From a virus (lineage: Duplodnaviria > Heunggongvirae > Uroviricota > Caudoviricetes), in IMG/VR virus record IMGVR_UViG_3300032322_001781: a stretch of DNA of 64,000 bases, one strand, 5' to 3'. Both the position numbers and the translations under genes were made by a program. Every line of letters starts with the position of its first letter. The stretch's first letter is position 1. The notes below the pieces were generated by a model that saw only the letters and a program-made list of their open reading frames with translations, made no database searches and was not told where the DNA came from. Of this stretch, positions 8,847-18,498 are shown piece after piece.

Positions 8847-11335
8847 TGAGTACCCCAGAAAAAGGATATAATATAAATCAAACCTTCATAATTGAAACAA
8901 ATGAAGATGGTGGTGTATTGAGTGCTTGTACCGCTTTATTTACTACAAACATATACTCATGTTCTGGTAATACTCAAATTTTAATGGGTAATACTTCTAT
9001 AAATATGGTTGGTGATGTGTTTGTTAATGGTGATTTAAGCGCCACAACAATATCAGCTACTACATATTATGGAGATGGTAGCAACTTAACTGGGATAACA
9101 ACTAAAGATACATTTGTAACAGGTGGAACTTATAATAACGGTACCGCTGTATTTAAAAACAATACTGGTGGAACGTTCAGTGTAAGTGGATTTAGTACTG
9201 GTTATACACTTACTTCATCAGCAATAACTAGTACTTTAGGTTATGTACCTTTATCTTCATACACTGATACATTTGTAACAGGTGGAACTTATTCTAACGA
9301 AATAATTATATTTACAAACAATACGGGTGGAACGTTCAGTGTAAGTGGATTTAGTACTAGCAATACAACAGAATTTACTGGTGGGAGTGTATCTGGTAAA
9401 ACTGTTTTTACAAATGGTTTAACTGCTAATACAATATCGGCAACAACTTATCAGAATTTACCTTTAGATATACATGTAACAGGTTTTAGTTTTAATAATG
9501 GCAATTACAATATAACTATCAATCAAAACGATGGTACTAGCTATACACAAAACTTATCAATATTAGCTACCGATGTCAATATAACTGGGGGAACTTATAA
9601 TCCTGTTACTGGTGTTGCTACGTTTATAAATAATACAGGAGGTACATTTAATGTTTCTGGTTTTTTAACTGGTTATACTGACACAACTATAAGTGCGTTT
9701 ACGTATAACAATGCTAACACATTTAAAATTGATTCGAATAATGGCGATTCTTTTTCAGCAACCATAGACTATGTAACTGGACTTACAGCAAATACATTGT
9801 CGGCAACAACATATTTAGGTTTGCCTCTTGATATTAGAGTAACTGGTGCAACTTATAGTAATAATACATTTACATTTAGTAATAATACTGGAGGTACATT
9901 TAACGTATTGTTTAACACGGTAAGTGGTTTAACAGCTACAACAATATCCGCAACCACTTATCAAAATTTACCAACAGATGTTAGGGTAACAGGTGGAACT
10001 TATTCTAATGGTACCGCAATATTTACAAACAACACAGGTGGTACATTCAGCGTTAGTGGGTTTAGTACTGGTTCTGGTTCTGGTTCTGATATATTTGTTA
10101 CAGGAGCAACTTATAATAATGCAAATCAATTTACATTTACTAATAATACTGGAGGTACATTCAATGTTTCGTTTAACACGGTAAGTGGTTTAACTGCTAA
10201 TACAATATCGGCAACAACTTATCAAAATCTACCAACAGATGTTTTTGTAACTGGAGGTACTTATAGTAGCGGTACCGCAATATTTACAAACAATACAGGA
10301 GGTACATTCAGCGTTAGTGGATTTTCGTCATCATCTTCTAATTCTTCATTTACTGGTGGAACTGTATCTGGTTCTACTAACTTCACAAATGGTTTAAGTG
10401 CAACAACAATATCAGCAACAACATATCAGAATTTACCAATTGATATTAGGGTGACTGGTGGTACTTATTCAAACGGTACTGCTACATTTAGAAATAATAC
10501 AGGTGGCACATTTAGTGTTAGTGGTTTTAGTACTGGTTCTAGCTCATCTATTGTTGTTGGAAGCACAGTAATAAGTAGTGGTACCACAGGTAGAATACCT
10601 TTTAATAATTCAAGTGTTTACGGAGAATCGGCAAATCTATTTTGGGATAATACAAATGGTAGATTAGGTCTTGGAGGTATTGCACCTAATTATAATTTTA
10701 GTATTATGAGAAATGCACCAAATACATTTGTTGGTATGCAAATTTCAAATAATTCCAGCGGAACTGCCAATTCTGATGGTTTACTAATTGGTATTGGGTC
10801 TGATAATAATGCAAGGGTTGAAACTCAAGATGCCAATAGTATAATCATAAGTTCTAATTCTACTGGAAAATTACAAGTAGGAACTACTGGTACTCAGTTT
10901 TTTGGAACTTTAACAAATACATCTCCTAATACAGGTGCAATTTTTCAAATTAACGGAAATTCAAGTACGTCTGGATTAGGTTTTTTCCAACTTAGAAATA
11001 ATGGAGGAACACCTGTATTGTGTGCTAATGAAAATGGTAAAGTCTCAATTAATCTAGGTTCAGTTGGAACTGCACAATTTCATATTGGTGCTGGGTCTAT
11101 GGCAGCTAATACAGCGCCTATTAAAATAAATTCTGGACCTTTGATGGCAACACCAGAATCTGGCACCATTGAGTATAACAACACTTTCCACGTTACTAAC
11201 TCTGATTCGACAAGAAGACATATTGTAACAGCACCTAATACGACTAAGGTAACAGCTGGTGCACCTTATACCAATGATGGTTATATTATCGTCAATATAG
11301 GCGGAACAGACTTTAAGTTAATGACAACAGCATAA
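8846..11335 (+). CDS. Repetitive Thr/Gly/Asn-rich fibre or whisker-like structural protein
   Basis: Many copies of D.FVTGGTY.NGTAIFTNNTGGTFSVSGF and GLTANTISATTYQNLP; C-terminal fibre-like LFWDNTNGRLGLG; TAATG coupling to the upstream gene. Confidence 0.7.
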   Translation: MSTPEKGYNINQTFIIETNEDGGVLSACTALFTTNIYSCSGNTQILMGNTSINMVGDVFVNGDLSATTISATTYYGDGSNLTGITTKDTFVTGGTYNNGTAVFKNNTGGTFSVSGFSTGYTLTSSAITSTLGYVPLSSYTDTFVTGGTYSNEIIIFTNNTGGTFSVSGFSTSNTTEFTGGSVSGKTVFTNGLTANTISATTYQNLPLDIHVTGFSFNNGNYNITINQNDGTSYTQNLSILATDVNITGGTYNPVTGVATFINNTGGTFNVSGFLTGYTDTTISAFTYNNANTFKIDSNNGDSFSATIDYVTGLTANTLSATTYLGLPLDIRVTGATYSNNTFTFSNNTGGTFNVLFNTVSGLTATTISATTYQNLPTDVRVTGGTYSNGTAIFTNNTGGTFSVSGFSTGSGSGSDIFVTGATYNNANQFTFTNNTGGTFNVSFNTVSGLTANTISATTYQNLPTDVFVTGGTYSSGTAIFTNNTGGTFSVSGFSSSSSNSSFTGGTVSGSTNFTNGLSATTISATTYQNLPIDIRVTGGTYSNGTATFRNNTGGTFSVSGFSTGSSSSIVVGSTVISSGTTGRIPFNNSSVYGESANLFWDNTNGRLGLGGIAPNYNFSIMRNAPNTFVGMQISNNSSGTANSDGLLIGIGSDNNARVETQDANSIIISSNSTGKLQVGTTGTQFFGTLTNTSPNTGAIFQINGNSSTSGLGFFQLRNNGGTPVLCANENGKVSINLGSVGTAQFHIGAGSMAANTAPIKINSGPLMATPESGTIEYNNTFHVTNSDSTRRHIVTAPNTTKVTAGAPYTNDGYIIVNIGGTDFKLMTTA

Positions 11336-11358
11336 TATTTTTTATAAAAAACAAACAA

Positions 11359-11613
11359 ATGATAATAACACCAACAAATGTAACAGTAATTGAAGCCGTC
11401 ACAACAAATAAATTTCAATTAGATTTTATTAATGACAGTCCAAAAGACAAAACAATTATTGCACAAGTATACCCTTTGGATTCAGTTAATGAATCTGTAA
11501 TCCAAGGTCAAGTTAGATTTTTAACACTTTGGGAAGGACAAGAATATGACAATATTGGCAATTGGACGCAGCAACAAGCTAATGATAGAATTATTGAATT
11601 GTTGACTGATTAA
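11359..11613 (+). CDS. Small hypothetical protein, possibly a fibre chaperone
   Basis: 84-aa ORF directly after the fibre gene, ending LWEGQEYDNIGNWTQQQANDRIIELL. Confidence 0.55.
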   Translation: MIITPTNVTVIEAVTTNKFQLDFINDSPKDKTIIAQVYPLDSVNESVIQGQVRFLTLWEGQEYDNIGNWTQQQANDRIIELLTD

Positions 11614-11762
11614 TCTTCACCATATAAATCTTTTTTAGGTAAACATTTTTCTTTGATTAGCTTCTCAACAAATGAAAACATTTTTAAACCATTAGCTTCA
11701 CAATACTTTTTTAAAAGTTCGTGTGTTTTTGTGGTTATTTTAATATTTTTGTCTCTATTCAT
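11610..11762 (-). CDS. 50-aa ribbon-helix-helix (CopG/Arc-like) DNA-binding protein, not in ORF track
   Basis: Manual translation MNRDKNIKITTKTHELLKKYCEANGLKMFSFVEKLIKEKCLPKKDLYGED*: beta strand KNIKI, helix A, G turn, helix B. Confidence 0.75.
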   Translation of the reverse strand: MNRDKNIKITTKTHELLKKYCEANGLKMFSFVEKLIKEKCLPKKDLYGED

Positions 11763-11774
11763 AATTATATTTTA

Positions 11775-11808
11775 ATAAGTATGATAAAAGTATGAAAAAA
11801 ATCATACT
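11775..11808. promoter_or_regulatory. Putative RHH operator: direct and inverted AGTATGA repeats
   Basis: AGTATGA at 11778 and 11789, inverted TCATACT at 11802; overlaps a minus-strand TACTTAT late-promoter variant at 11775-11781. Confidence 0.55.
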
Positions 11809-11904
11809 AAAAGAAATATATCTTTTAATGTGGGATTCTTTTTGAATAAAACATAATATTTATTAAAAACAAAAATATAAAGTTAATATTAAAAAGAAAA
11901 AAAT

Positions 11905-14754
11905 ATGGCAACACAAGTATTCGTTAGTCCAGGTGTTTATACCTCAGAAAGAGACCTAACCTTCATTACACGTCAAGTAGGTGTAACAACTTTAGGTTTG
12001 GTTGGTGAGACAACAATCGGACCAGCTTTCCAACCAATTTTCATAAGTAATTATGGTGAATTTCAATCTTTCTTTGGAGGTTTAAACGCTACCAAAGTGA
12101 AAGACAATGGCTTTCCACAATATGAATTACCTTATATTGCTAAATCATACCTATCACAATCAAACCAACTATTTGTTACTAGAGTATTAGGTTTTTCTGG
12201 TTATGATGCTGGTTTGGCTTGGGGTATCACTCTGGATGGCGCTTTGGACCCAGCTACTTCAGGTATAACTAATAGCGGTACATCTTATTCACCTTTTATT
12301 AGATTCTCAGCAACTTCAGCTGGTACTGTTACTAGTTTGGTATCTTCTGACCCATTTGTACAGACATTAATAAACCAAGGACTTTTAACTCCTAATTTGG
12401 CTTTTTTAGGTACTGCTGGTACAGGTACTACTGCTAATATCGGACCTGTTTATAATAAAGTAGGTTCTACGTTTAGTGGTGCATCATTCAATATTTATGT
12501 TAATGCTACTAGTTATACTGGTGCTGGTATGACAACTTCAGTTACTGGTACAACTACTGGTGTAACTGTTTACTATTCTGGTAGTGCTTATTCAGATGTA
12601 GAGAATCAATTGGTGGCTTTGTTGCGTTCTAGGGCTTCTATAAATGTATCAAATCAACTTCCATCATTTGAAGTAACTGGAGCTACTGGTGTTATATTTA
12701 ACCCAGCTTATTCTTCTTCAACTACAAACCCACTTGGTGTATTTTCTTTAAGTGGTAACTCTACCACACAAGGTTTGTTTAATTACCAAGTATCTTTAGA
12801 TAGAACACAAACAAATTATTTACCAAGAGTTTTAGGTAGAACAGCTCAAGATGGTAATACTGCTCTTTATGTTGAGGAATTTTTCCCAAATATGTTCAGA
12901 ACACTTAACGCTGATGGTAAAATTAGAGGTATAAAACAAACAGTAACAAATTATAGCAATACTTTTTCTGATTATTTACGTGAGTATAGTCCAGCTGTAA
13001 CTCCTTATGTTGTATCAGAATTGCGTGGTAATAAAGTATTAAGATTATTTAGATTATGGACTATTTCTGACGGTAACGCTGCAAATGAGCAATTTAAGAT
13101 ATCTATAACAAACATCAAACCAGATACAAAAGAATTTGATGTAAGGGTTAGAGGTTTTTATGATACTGACGCTGCTCCTGTTATTCTTGAGTCATTTAGT
13201 CGTTGTACAATGGACCCGACTTCAGCAAATTATATTGCTAGAAGAATAGGTAGCTTGGATGGCGAATACATATCTAGGTCTTCTTACATTCTTGTTGAAG
13301 TTGATGATACTTCAGATACTAGTGACGCATTCCCAGCTGGTTTTATTGGTTTCCCAATTCGTGATTACCAATCAAATAGTAATTCGACTGTTATTAATCC
13401 AGATATAATGTATAAAACAGCTTATGGTGTGTTTGAAAATAAACGTAAATATTATTTAGGTTTATCAGAAACTGTAGGTATTGATGCTGACTTCTTTGAT
13501 TACAAAGGTGTTCCAACTACTAACAACCCAGACATGTGGACTGGTCTAACAAATGGGTTCCATATGGATATTGATGCTACTGGTGTTACAATTGACAACG
13601 TTTTTGTTGTCATAAACTCAAGTGGTGGTACTTATAGTCCTGTGTTCTTGTTTGATGTTGGTGCTGCTGAGTTTAGAACTGAAGCTGGGTTAAATGGAGG
13701 CCCATATGAAAAAATTTACGCACGTAAGTTTACAATGGTTCCTTACGGTGGTTTTGATGGATGGGACGTTTATAGAACAAGAAGAAGCAACACTGATAGA
13801 TTTACTATCAACGGTACATATGGTGCTGCTGGTTTAACTAGTGGTGCGTTTCAAAACAGAACACTTTCAAACGGTGACTTGGGTATCAATTCAGATTACT
13901 ACGCTTACTTAGAAGCCATATGGACATTTAGAAATCCAGAAGCTGTTAATATTAATGTGTTTGCAACGCCAGGTATCGATGCCTTTGACAACACGAATTT
14001 GATTGAAGAATCAATCGAAATGATTGAAACAGAAAGAGCTGACTCGTTGTATGTCTTAACAACACCAGATTACTATAATGGTTCTATCTTGAGTGTTGAG
14101 GAAGTGGTTGATTACATGGATGGTATGTATGATAGCAACTATTCTTGTACATATTGGCCATGGGTTCAAATAACTGACACTGAAAACAATGTGTTGATGT
14201 GGGTTCCACCTACAAGAGACGTTGTAAGAAACATTGCTTTGACAGATAACATCGCATTCCCATGGTTTGCAGTTGCTGGTATCCAAAGAGGTGATGTTGA
14301 CGCTATTCAAGCTCGTAAAAAACTTACACAGTCTGATAGAGATAATCTTTATGAAAATAGAATTAACCCAATTGCTACCTTTACTTCTGATGGTATCAAG
14401 ATTTGGGGTAACAAAACTCTTCAAGTTAAAGAAACTGCTCTTAACAGAATCAACGTTAGAAGGTTGTTGTTGCAAGCTAGAAAACTTATCTCTGCTGTTT
14501 CTATCAGACTTCTATTTGAACAAAATGATTCGGTTGTAAGAAACCAATTCTTGTCACTTGTTAACCCAATATTGGATAACATTAGAAGTGAAAGAGGTTT
14601 GACTGACTTCCGTGTTGTTCTATCAAACGACCCAGAAGATATAGACAGAAATCAATTAACTGGTCAAATCTTCTTAAAACCAACAAGAAGCCTTGAATTC
14701 ATTCAAATTGAGTTTGTTATAATGAATACTGGTGCTTCATTTGATAACATCTAA
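11905..14754 (+). CDS. Contractile tail sheath protein (gp18-like)
   Basis: FVSPGVYTSERD N-terminus, GETTIGPAF, PWFAVAGIQRG, LYENRINPI, IWGNKTLQ, RINVRRLL, LKPTRSLEFI. Confidence 0.97.
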   Translation: MATQVFVSPGVYTSERDLTFITRQVGVTTLGLVGETTIGPAFQPIFISNYGEFQSFFGGLNATKVKDNGFPQYELPYIAKSYLSQSNQLFVTRVLGFSGYDAGLAWGITLDGALDPATSGITNSGTSYSPFIRFSATSAGTVTSLVSSDPFVQTLINQGLLTPNLAFLGTAGTGTTANIGPVYNKVGSTFSGASFNIYVNATSYTGAGMTTSVTGTTTGVTVYYSGSAYSDVENQLVALLRSRASINVSNQLPSFEVTGATGVIFNPAYSSSTTNPLGVFSLSGNSTTQGLFNYQVSLDRTQTNYLPRVLGRTAQDGNTALYVEEFFPNMFRTLNADGKIRGIKQTVTNYSNTFSDYLREYSPAVTPYVVSELRGNKVLRLFRLWTISDGNAANEQFKISITNIKPDTKEFDVRVRGFYDTDAAPVILESFSRCTMDPTSANYIARRIGSLDGEYISRSSYILVEVDDTSDTSDAFPAGFIGFPIRDYQSNSNSTVINPDIMYKTAYGVFENKRKYYLGLSETVGIDADFFDYKGVPTTNNPDMWTGLTNGFHMDIDATGVTIDNVFVVINSSGGTYSPVFLFDVGAAEFRTEAGLNGGPYEKIYARKFTMVPYGGFDGWDVYRTRRSNTDRFTINGTYGAAGLTSGAFQNRTLSNGDLGINSDYYAYLEAIWTFRNPEAVNINVFATPGIDAFDNTNLIEESIEMIETERADSLYVLTTPDYYNGSILSVEEVVDYMDGMYDSNYSCTYWPWVQITDTENNVLMWVPPTRDVVRNIALTDNIAFPWFAVAGIQRGDVDAIQARKKLTQSDRDNLYENRINPIATFTSDGIKIWGNKTLQVKETALNRINVRRLLLQARKLISAVSIRLLFEQNDSVVRNQFLSLVNPILDNIRSERGLTDFRVVLSNDPEDIDRNQLTGQIFLKPTRSLEFIQIEFVIMNTGASFDNI

Positions 14755-14773
14755 TAATAAACAAAAACAAAAT

Positions 14774-14801
14774 AAAACCTCTATTTATTAGGGGTTTTTT
14801 T
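14774..14801 (+). terminator. Intrinsic terminator after the sheath gene
   Basis: AAAACCTCTA-TTTAT-TAGGGGTTTTTTT. Confidence 0.75.
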
Positions 14802-14837
14802 GTTTTATATTGATATTTATAAAGAAAAAAAAAAACC

Positions 14838-17375
14838 ATGACAAAGAAAATAATTTTAAATGAGCAACAACATCTTGTTATTGTTAATCAAATATTTAAA
14901 GAAACACTAGATAATATAAATAAAATTGAGTCTGAGGGTAATTTAAACGAAGGTTTAATGGATACCATTAAATACGGTTTGTCCAAATTAGGTCGTTACA
15001 AAGCTGGTGGTCAAATATTTGGTAAAGGAAAAGTTGACCAAGAGGCTGCTAGAAAAATACAACAAATTATTGACAAACAAGGTAATGAAGTTATTAAACA
15101 ATTGGATGCTACTATTAGAGAAGAAAATCCAGAATTCCCTAATAACGAAGACCCTCAAAAATTTTTATCTACTGTGATGAGCATTGCCGCAGTATATGAT
15201 TCATTGGTTTCGTCTGCAAGTAAAAACCCAAACGAAGAAGGGTATCTTCCTGTTGACGTTGCTAATGGTGTTATAAACGATTTAAGAGAATATGTTAAGA
15301 AATTTTTGGATGTTGATTTGGCGGCTGTGTATTCAACAGTAAATGAACTTGCTGATAGAATTTCTGGAGAGGGTTTTATGAACGAAGAATATGAATTGAC
15401 TGATGAACAGATGTGTGGAATAGATGAAAAATTTGGTTTAAATGAACAAGACCCCTTGGATGCTGGTGATGTAAGACAACAATTAAAAGCTAAAAGAGGA
15501 GAAGATAGCAAAGATTTTGCTAGCACTAGAATGGATACTCTTAAGTCTAATAAATTACCACTAACATTAGCTGGTATTGGTTCAGCTTTAGGTGGTTTTT
15601 CTTGGCTTGTTAATACCGATTGGTTTAGAAGTTTATTTGAAGAGATAACACAAAATCCTTCAATTGAGTATGTAAAGGAACTAGTTGAAAAGAAATCAGA
15701 TGTGTTTGGGTCAATCAAACCTGGTGAAGGTATGACACAAATAATGAATAGATTAAACGGATTAAATTTAAACCCAAATTCATCACCACAAGATTTCTTA
15801 GATGGTGTTAAACAATTGGGTGGTGGTGATTTGCAAGCTGGTATTGATGCTTTGAGTGCTGATGGTGGTATATTTAAAAACCCACAAGGTGCTAAACAGG
15901 CTTTAGAAGCAATTGCTCAAAATCCAAATGCTTATGGTGATAATTTGGGTCAAATGTTTCAAGGTAATTTAGCTGGAACAGGAAAACAAGTTGGTGACTT
16001 ATTGGTTACTCAAACTGGAGGTGGTTTAAAGAGTTTGGTTGTTAATTCAATTGTACAAATGGTACCTAAATTAGTTATGAAAGCTGGTATCAAAGTTGGT
16101 GCTGGTTATGCAGTTGCAAAAGGTTTAGGAGCTGCTTTGGGTCCAATAGGTATTGGTTTGGTTGCCGCTGGTGCCTTGGTTAAACTTATGAGAATGAAAG
16201 GTCAAAAATCTTCTAGAGCCGCTACTCTTAATTCTTTGTATCAATCAATTAGAAACATTGAAGGTGGTGTCGGTGTTATTGAACCAGAAGGTGAGGTTAT
16301 TGATGTTAAAACAGCTAAAGACACAGCAGCAATTGAAGATAAAAATAAACAAAGTTCTGATGATGTTGGTTCTGGTGGTTCTGTTGGTTCTGTTGGTTCT
16401 GGTGGTAATGTTCAAGACAATCTATATAACAGTCTTAAAAACTTGTTTAAATTTGTTGTTAATAATAGAGACACATTAGGTGCTGGTGCTAAAAGTAGTT
16501 CTTTCAGAGATAATGTAGGTTCTAGGGATAATTTTTTTAGCGGTGGTCAACAAGTCGCTGGTTCAGCTGCTTCTAATTTTAAGGCTGGGGACCAAGTAAC
16601 TTGGACAACTAAAAAAGGAGCTACAGCTAGCGGAACAGTAGTTGGTCCTAGCAATAAGCCTAACATGACAACTGTAAAATCTAATACAACTGGTATTTCA
16701 TTTGATATTAGGGATAGTCTTCTAAAAACAAATTTACAAGAAGGTAAATATATAAAAGATAAAAGACTTATACAATACTTGAAAAAATCAATGGCTTTTG
16801 ATAAGGTTAAAAACTTTGAAGACTTGATAAATAGGGTAGAATACATCAGAAATTTAGTTAAAAAATTAAAAGGCAAAACTGATGATAAAGTTATATTGGG
16901 TTTTTTAAAACAATTAGACAGCAATCCTATTATGTTAACAGATTTTAGTAAATTGTTTACTGTTAACATTGATAACCCACAAGAAGTAAACATGTTAGCT
17001 GGAATGATGAAAGAAATTTTATCAACTGTTTACTCTGGTAGTTATAAAGGTGGTAATATGATTGATAAGATGGCCAAACTAGGTGGTGGAAACATAAACA
17101 AATTGGAAGAAGAAGCTGGTTATAATGCTTCAGAGCCTAACAAATCATTTTTAAAAGATGCTCAAAGTAAAACAACATTTAAAAAGAATCTAAGTAATTT
17201 CTTAAGTGTTGCCATATCTTTATTTCAATATTTGCATAAACAAAAACAACAAGCTGCTTCTGTAAAACCAAAACAAACACAATCATCAGATGCTGAATCA
17301 ACACAAGTTGATGAGGTGATTAATCCTTTGATTTCTGAAGAATTAAAAAGAATTAAAAAAATCATGTTCGGCTAA
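14838..17375 (+). CDS. Putative internal virion / ejection protein with Gly-rich hydrophobic helices and a Tudor/SH3-like domain
   Basis: Late motif upstream; several L/I-x-E sites; hydrophobic segments LPLTLAGIGSALGGFSWLV and LGAALGPIGIGLVAAGALV; FKAGDQVTWTTKKGATASGTVVG small beta-barrel. Confidence 0.5.
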   Translation: MTKKIILNEQQHLVIVNQIFKETLDNINKIESEGNLNEGLMDTIKYGLSKLGRYKAGGQIFGKGKVDQEAARKIQQIIDKQGNEVIKQLDATIREENPEFPNNEDPQKFLSTVMSIAAVYDSLVSSASKNPNEEGYLPVDVANGVINDLREYVKKFLDVDLAAVYSTVNELADRISGEGFMNEEYELTDEQMCGIDEKFGLNEQDPLDAGDVRQQLKAKRGEDSKDFASTRMDTLKSNKLPLTLAGIGSALGGFSWLVNTDWFRSLFEEITQNPSIEYVKELVEKKSDVFGSIKPGEGMTQIMNRLNGLNLNPNSSPQDFLDGVKQLGGGDLQAGIDALSADGGIFKNPQGAKQALEAIAQNPNAYGDNLGQMFQGNLAGTGKQVGDLLVTQTGGGLKSLVVNSIVQMVPKLVMKAGIKVGAGYAVAKGLGAALGPIGIGLVAAGALVKLMRMKGQKSSRAATLNSLYQSIRNIEGGVGVIEPEGEVIDVKTAKDTAAIEDKNKQSSDDVGSGGSVGSVGSGGNVQDNLYNSLKNLFKFVVNNRDTLGAGAKSSSFRDNVGSRDNFFSGGQQVAGSAASNFKAGDQVTWTTKKGATASGTVVGPSNKPNMTTVKSNTTGISFDIRDSLLKTNLQEGKYIKDKRLIQYLKKSMAFDKVKNFEDLINRVEYIRNLVKKLKGKTDDKVILGFLKQLDSNPIMLTDFSKLFTVNIDNPQEVNMLAGMMKEILSTVYSGSYKGGNMIDKMAKLGGGNINKLEEEAGYNASEPNKSFLKDAQSKTTFKKNLSNFLSVAISLFQYLHKQKQQAASVKPKQTQSSDAESTQVDEVINPLISEELKRIKKIMFG

Positions 17376-17376
17376 T

Positions 17377-18498
17377 ATGAAAAGGCTAAAAATTACACAT
17401 AAACAATATGAAACAGTGCTTTTAAACGAACAAAAAAATCGTTTAGGTAATGACTTTGAATCTAAAGAAGTTTTAGAAGAAGGGTTTAAAGAAGTATTGT
17501 TAGGTGTAGCTATGCTTATGGGTGTTGGGTTGACTGGTTTAAATAAGGCTAATGCTCAAAATGCATTATCCAATTCGAAAATAATGAACCAAATAAAATC
17601 AACATTGGAGGATGAACAAAAGACAAAGGAATTGGCTCAAGCCTTTTCTGAAAAAGGTATAAGCAATCCAGATTCTTTATTGGCAAAAAACGCAGAAAAA
17701 ATTGTTGATGATTTTAATGAAATCGCTAAAAACAAAAATATTTCTTATAGGGTTGATAATGTCGTTGTTAATAATTTAAAAAAATTAAGTGGTAAACTTG
17801 AAAAAGGTTATGCTCTTAAAAAGAGTGATATTTCAACAGATACAATAAGAGGTGTTGAACAAAAAATAAACATAGTAGTTATTGATACAGTTGATATTGA
17901 ATTGGATAATGATAATTTTTTTGAATCTGGTAGTTACAATTTTAATGAAAATAGTTTAAATACTTTAAATTCGACAATAGATACAATAAAGTTAAATGGT
18001 GGTAAAATATTGTCAGCTTATATAGAATCTTCAACAGATGCTGAAGCTACAAAAAACAAAGAAAATAAAACACAATACGATGAAACTGGTAATATTAAAT
18101 TAGCTGAACTTAGGACAAAAATGATGACTAAAATGATAAATGATATAGATTCTGACATAATAATAACCCATAGAGAAATTCCTAATAATGGTTCTGATAT
18201 TGTAAGTACAAAACAATTTTATGATGCTAGGTCTGACAAGGAAGAAATTAAACGTTTAAGAAATTTAACATCTAAATTTAGATATGTTAATGTATCTCTT
18301 ATAGTCGAGTTTAGTCAAGAAGTTAGTGAAACAGTAAAACCAGAGGAAATTGTTGAAAAATATAGGTTTGAGTTAACCAAAATTATTAAAACAAACGCAA
18401 AAAAGTTTAAACAAACAAAAAAAACATTCAAAAAAAGAAAATTAAAATGCAATGTTAAAAAAGGTAGGTTTGGTGATGTTAGATGTACTACTTTTTAA
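17377..18498 (+). CDS. Protein with an internal signal-like segment and an OmpA-like peptidoglycan-binding domain
   Basis: FFESGSYNF...IESSTD...GNIKLAELRT...FRYVNV follows the OmpA_C pattern F..GS..L / GHTD / N..LS..RA / RRVEI. Confidence 0.55.
   Translation: MKRLKITHKQYETVLLNEQKNRLGNDFESKEVLEEGFKEVLLGVAMLMGVGLTGLNKANAQNALSNSKIMNQIKSTLEDEQKTKELAQAFSEKGISNPDSLLAKNAEKIVDDFNEIAKNKNISYRVDNVVVNNLKKLSGKLEKGYALKKSDISTDTIRGVEQKINIVVIDTVDIELDNDNFFESGSYNFNENSLNTLNSTIDTIKLNGGKILSAYIESSTDAEATKNKENKTQYDETGNIKLAELRTKMMTKMINDIDSDIIITHREIPNNGSDIVSTKQFYDARSDKEEIKRLRNLTSKFRYVNVSLIVEFSQEVSETVKPEEIVEKYRFELTKIIKTNAKKFKQTKKTFKKRKLKCNVKKGRFGDVRCTTF

Noticed and set aside
8846-11335. Diversity-generating retroelement template/variable repeat pair
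   Set aside because: No reverse transcriptase in the window, and the repeat differences are not adenine-specific.
16365-16406. GTTGGTTCT microrepeats
   Set aside because: They encode an ordinary Gly/Ser/Val low-complexity linker.
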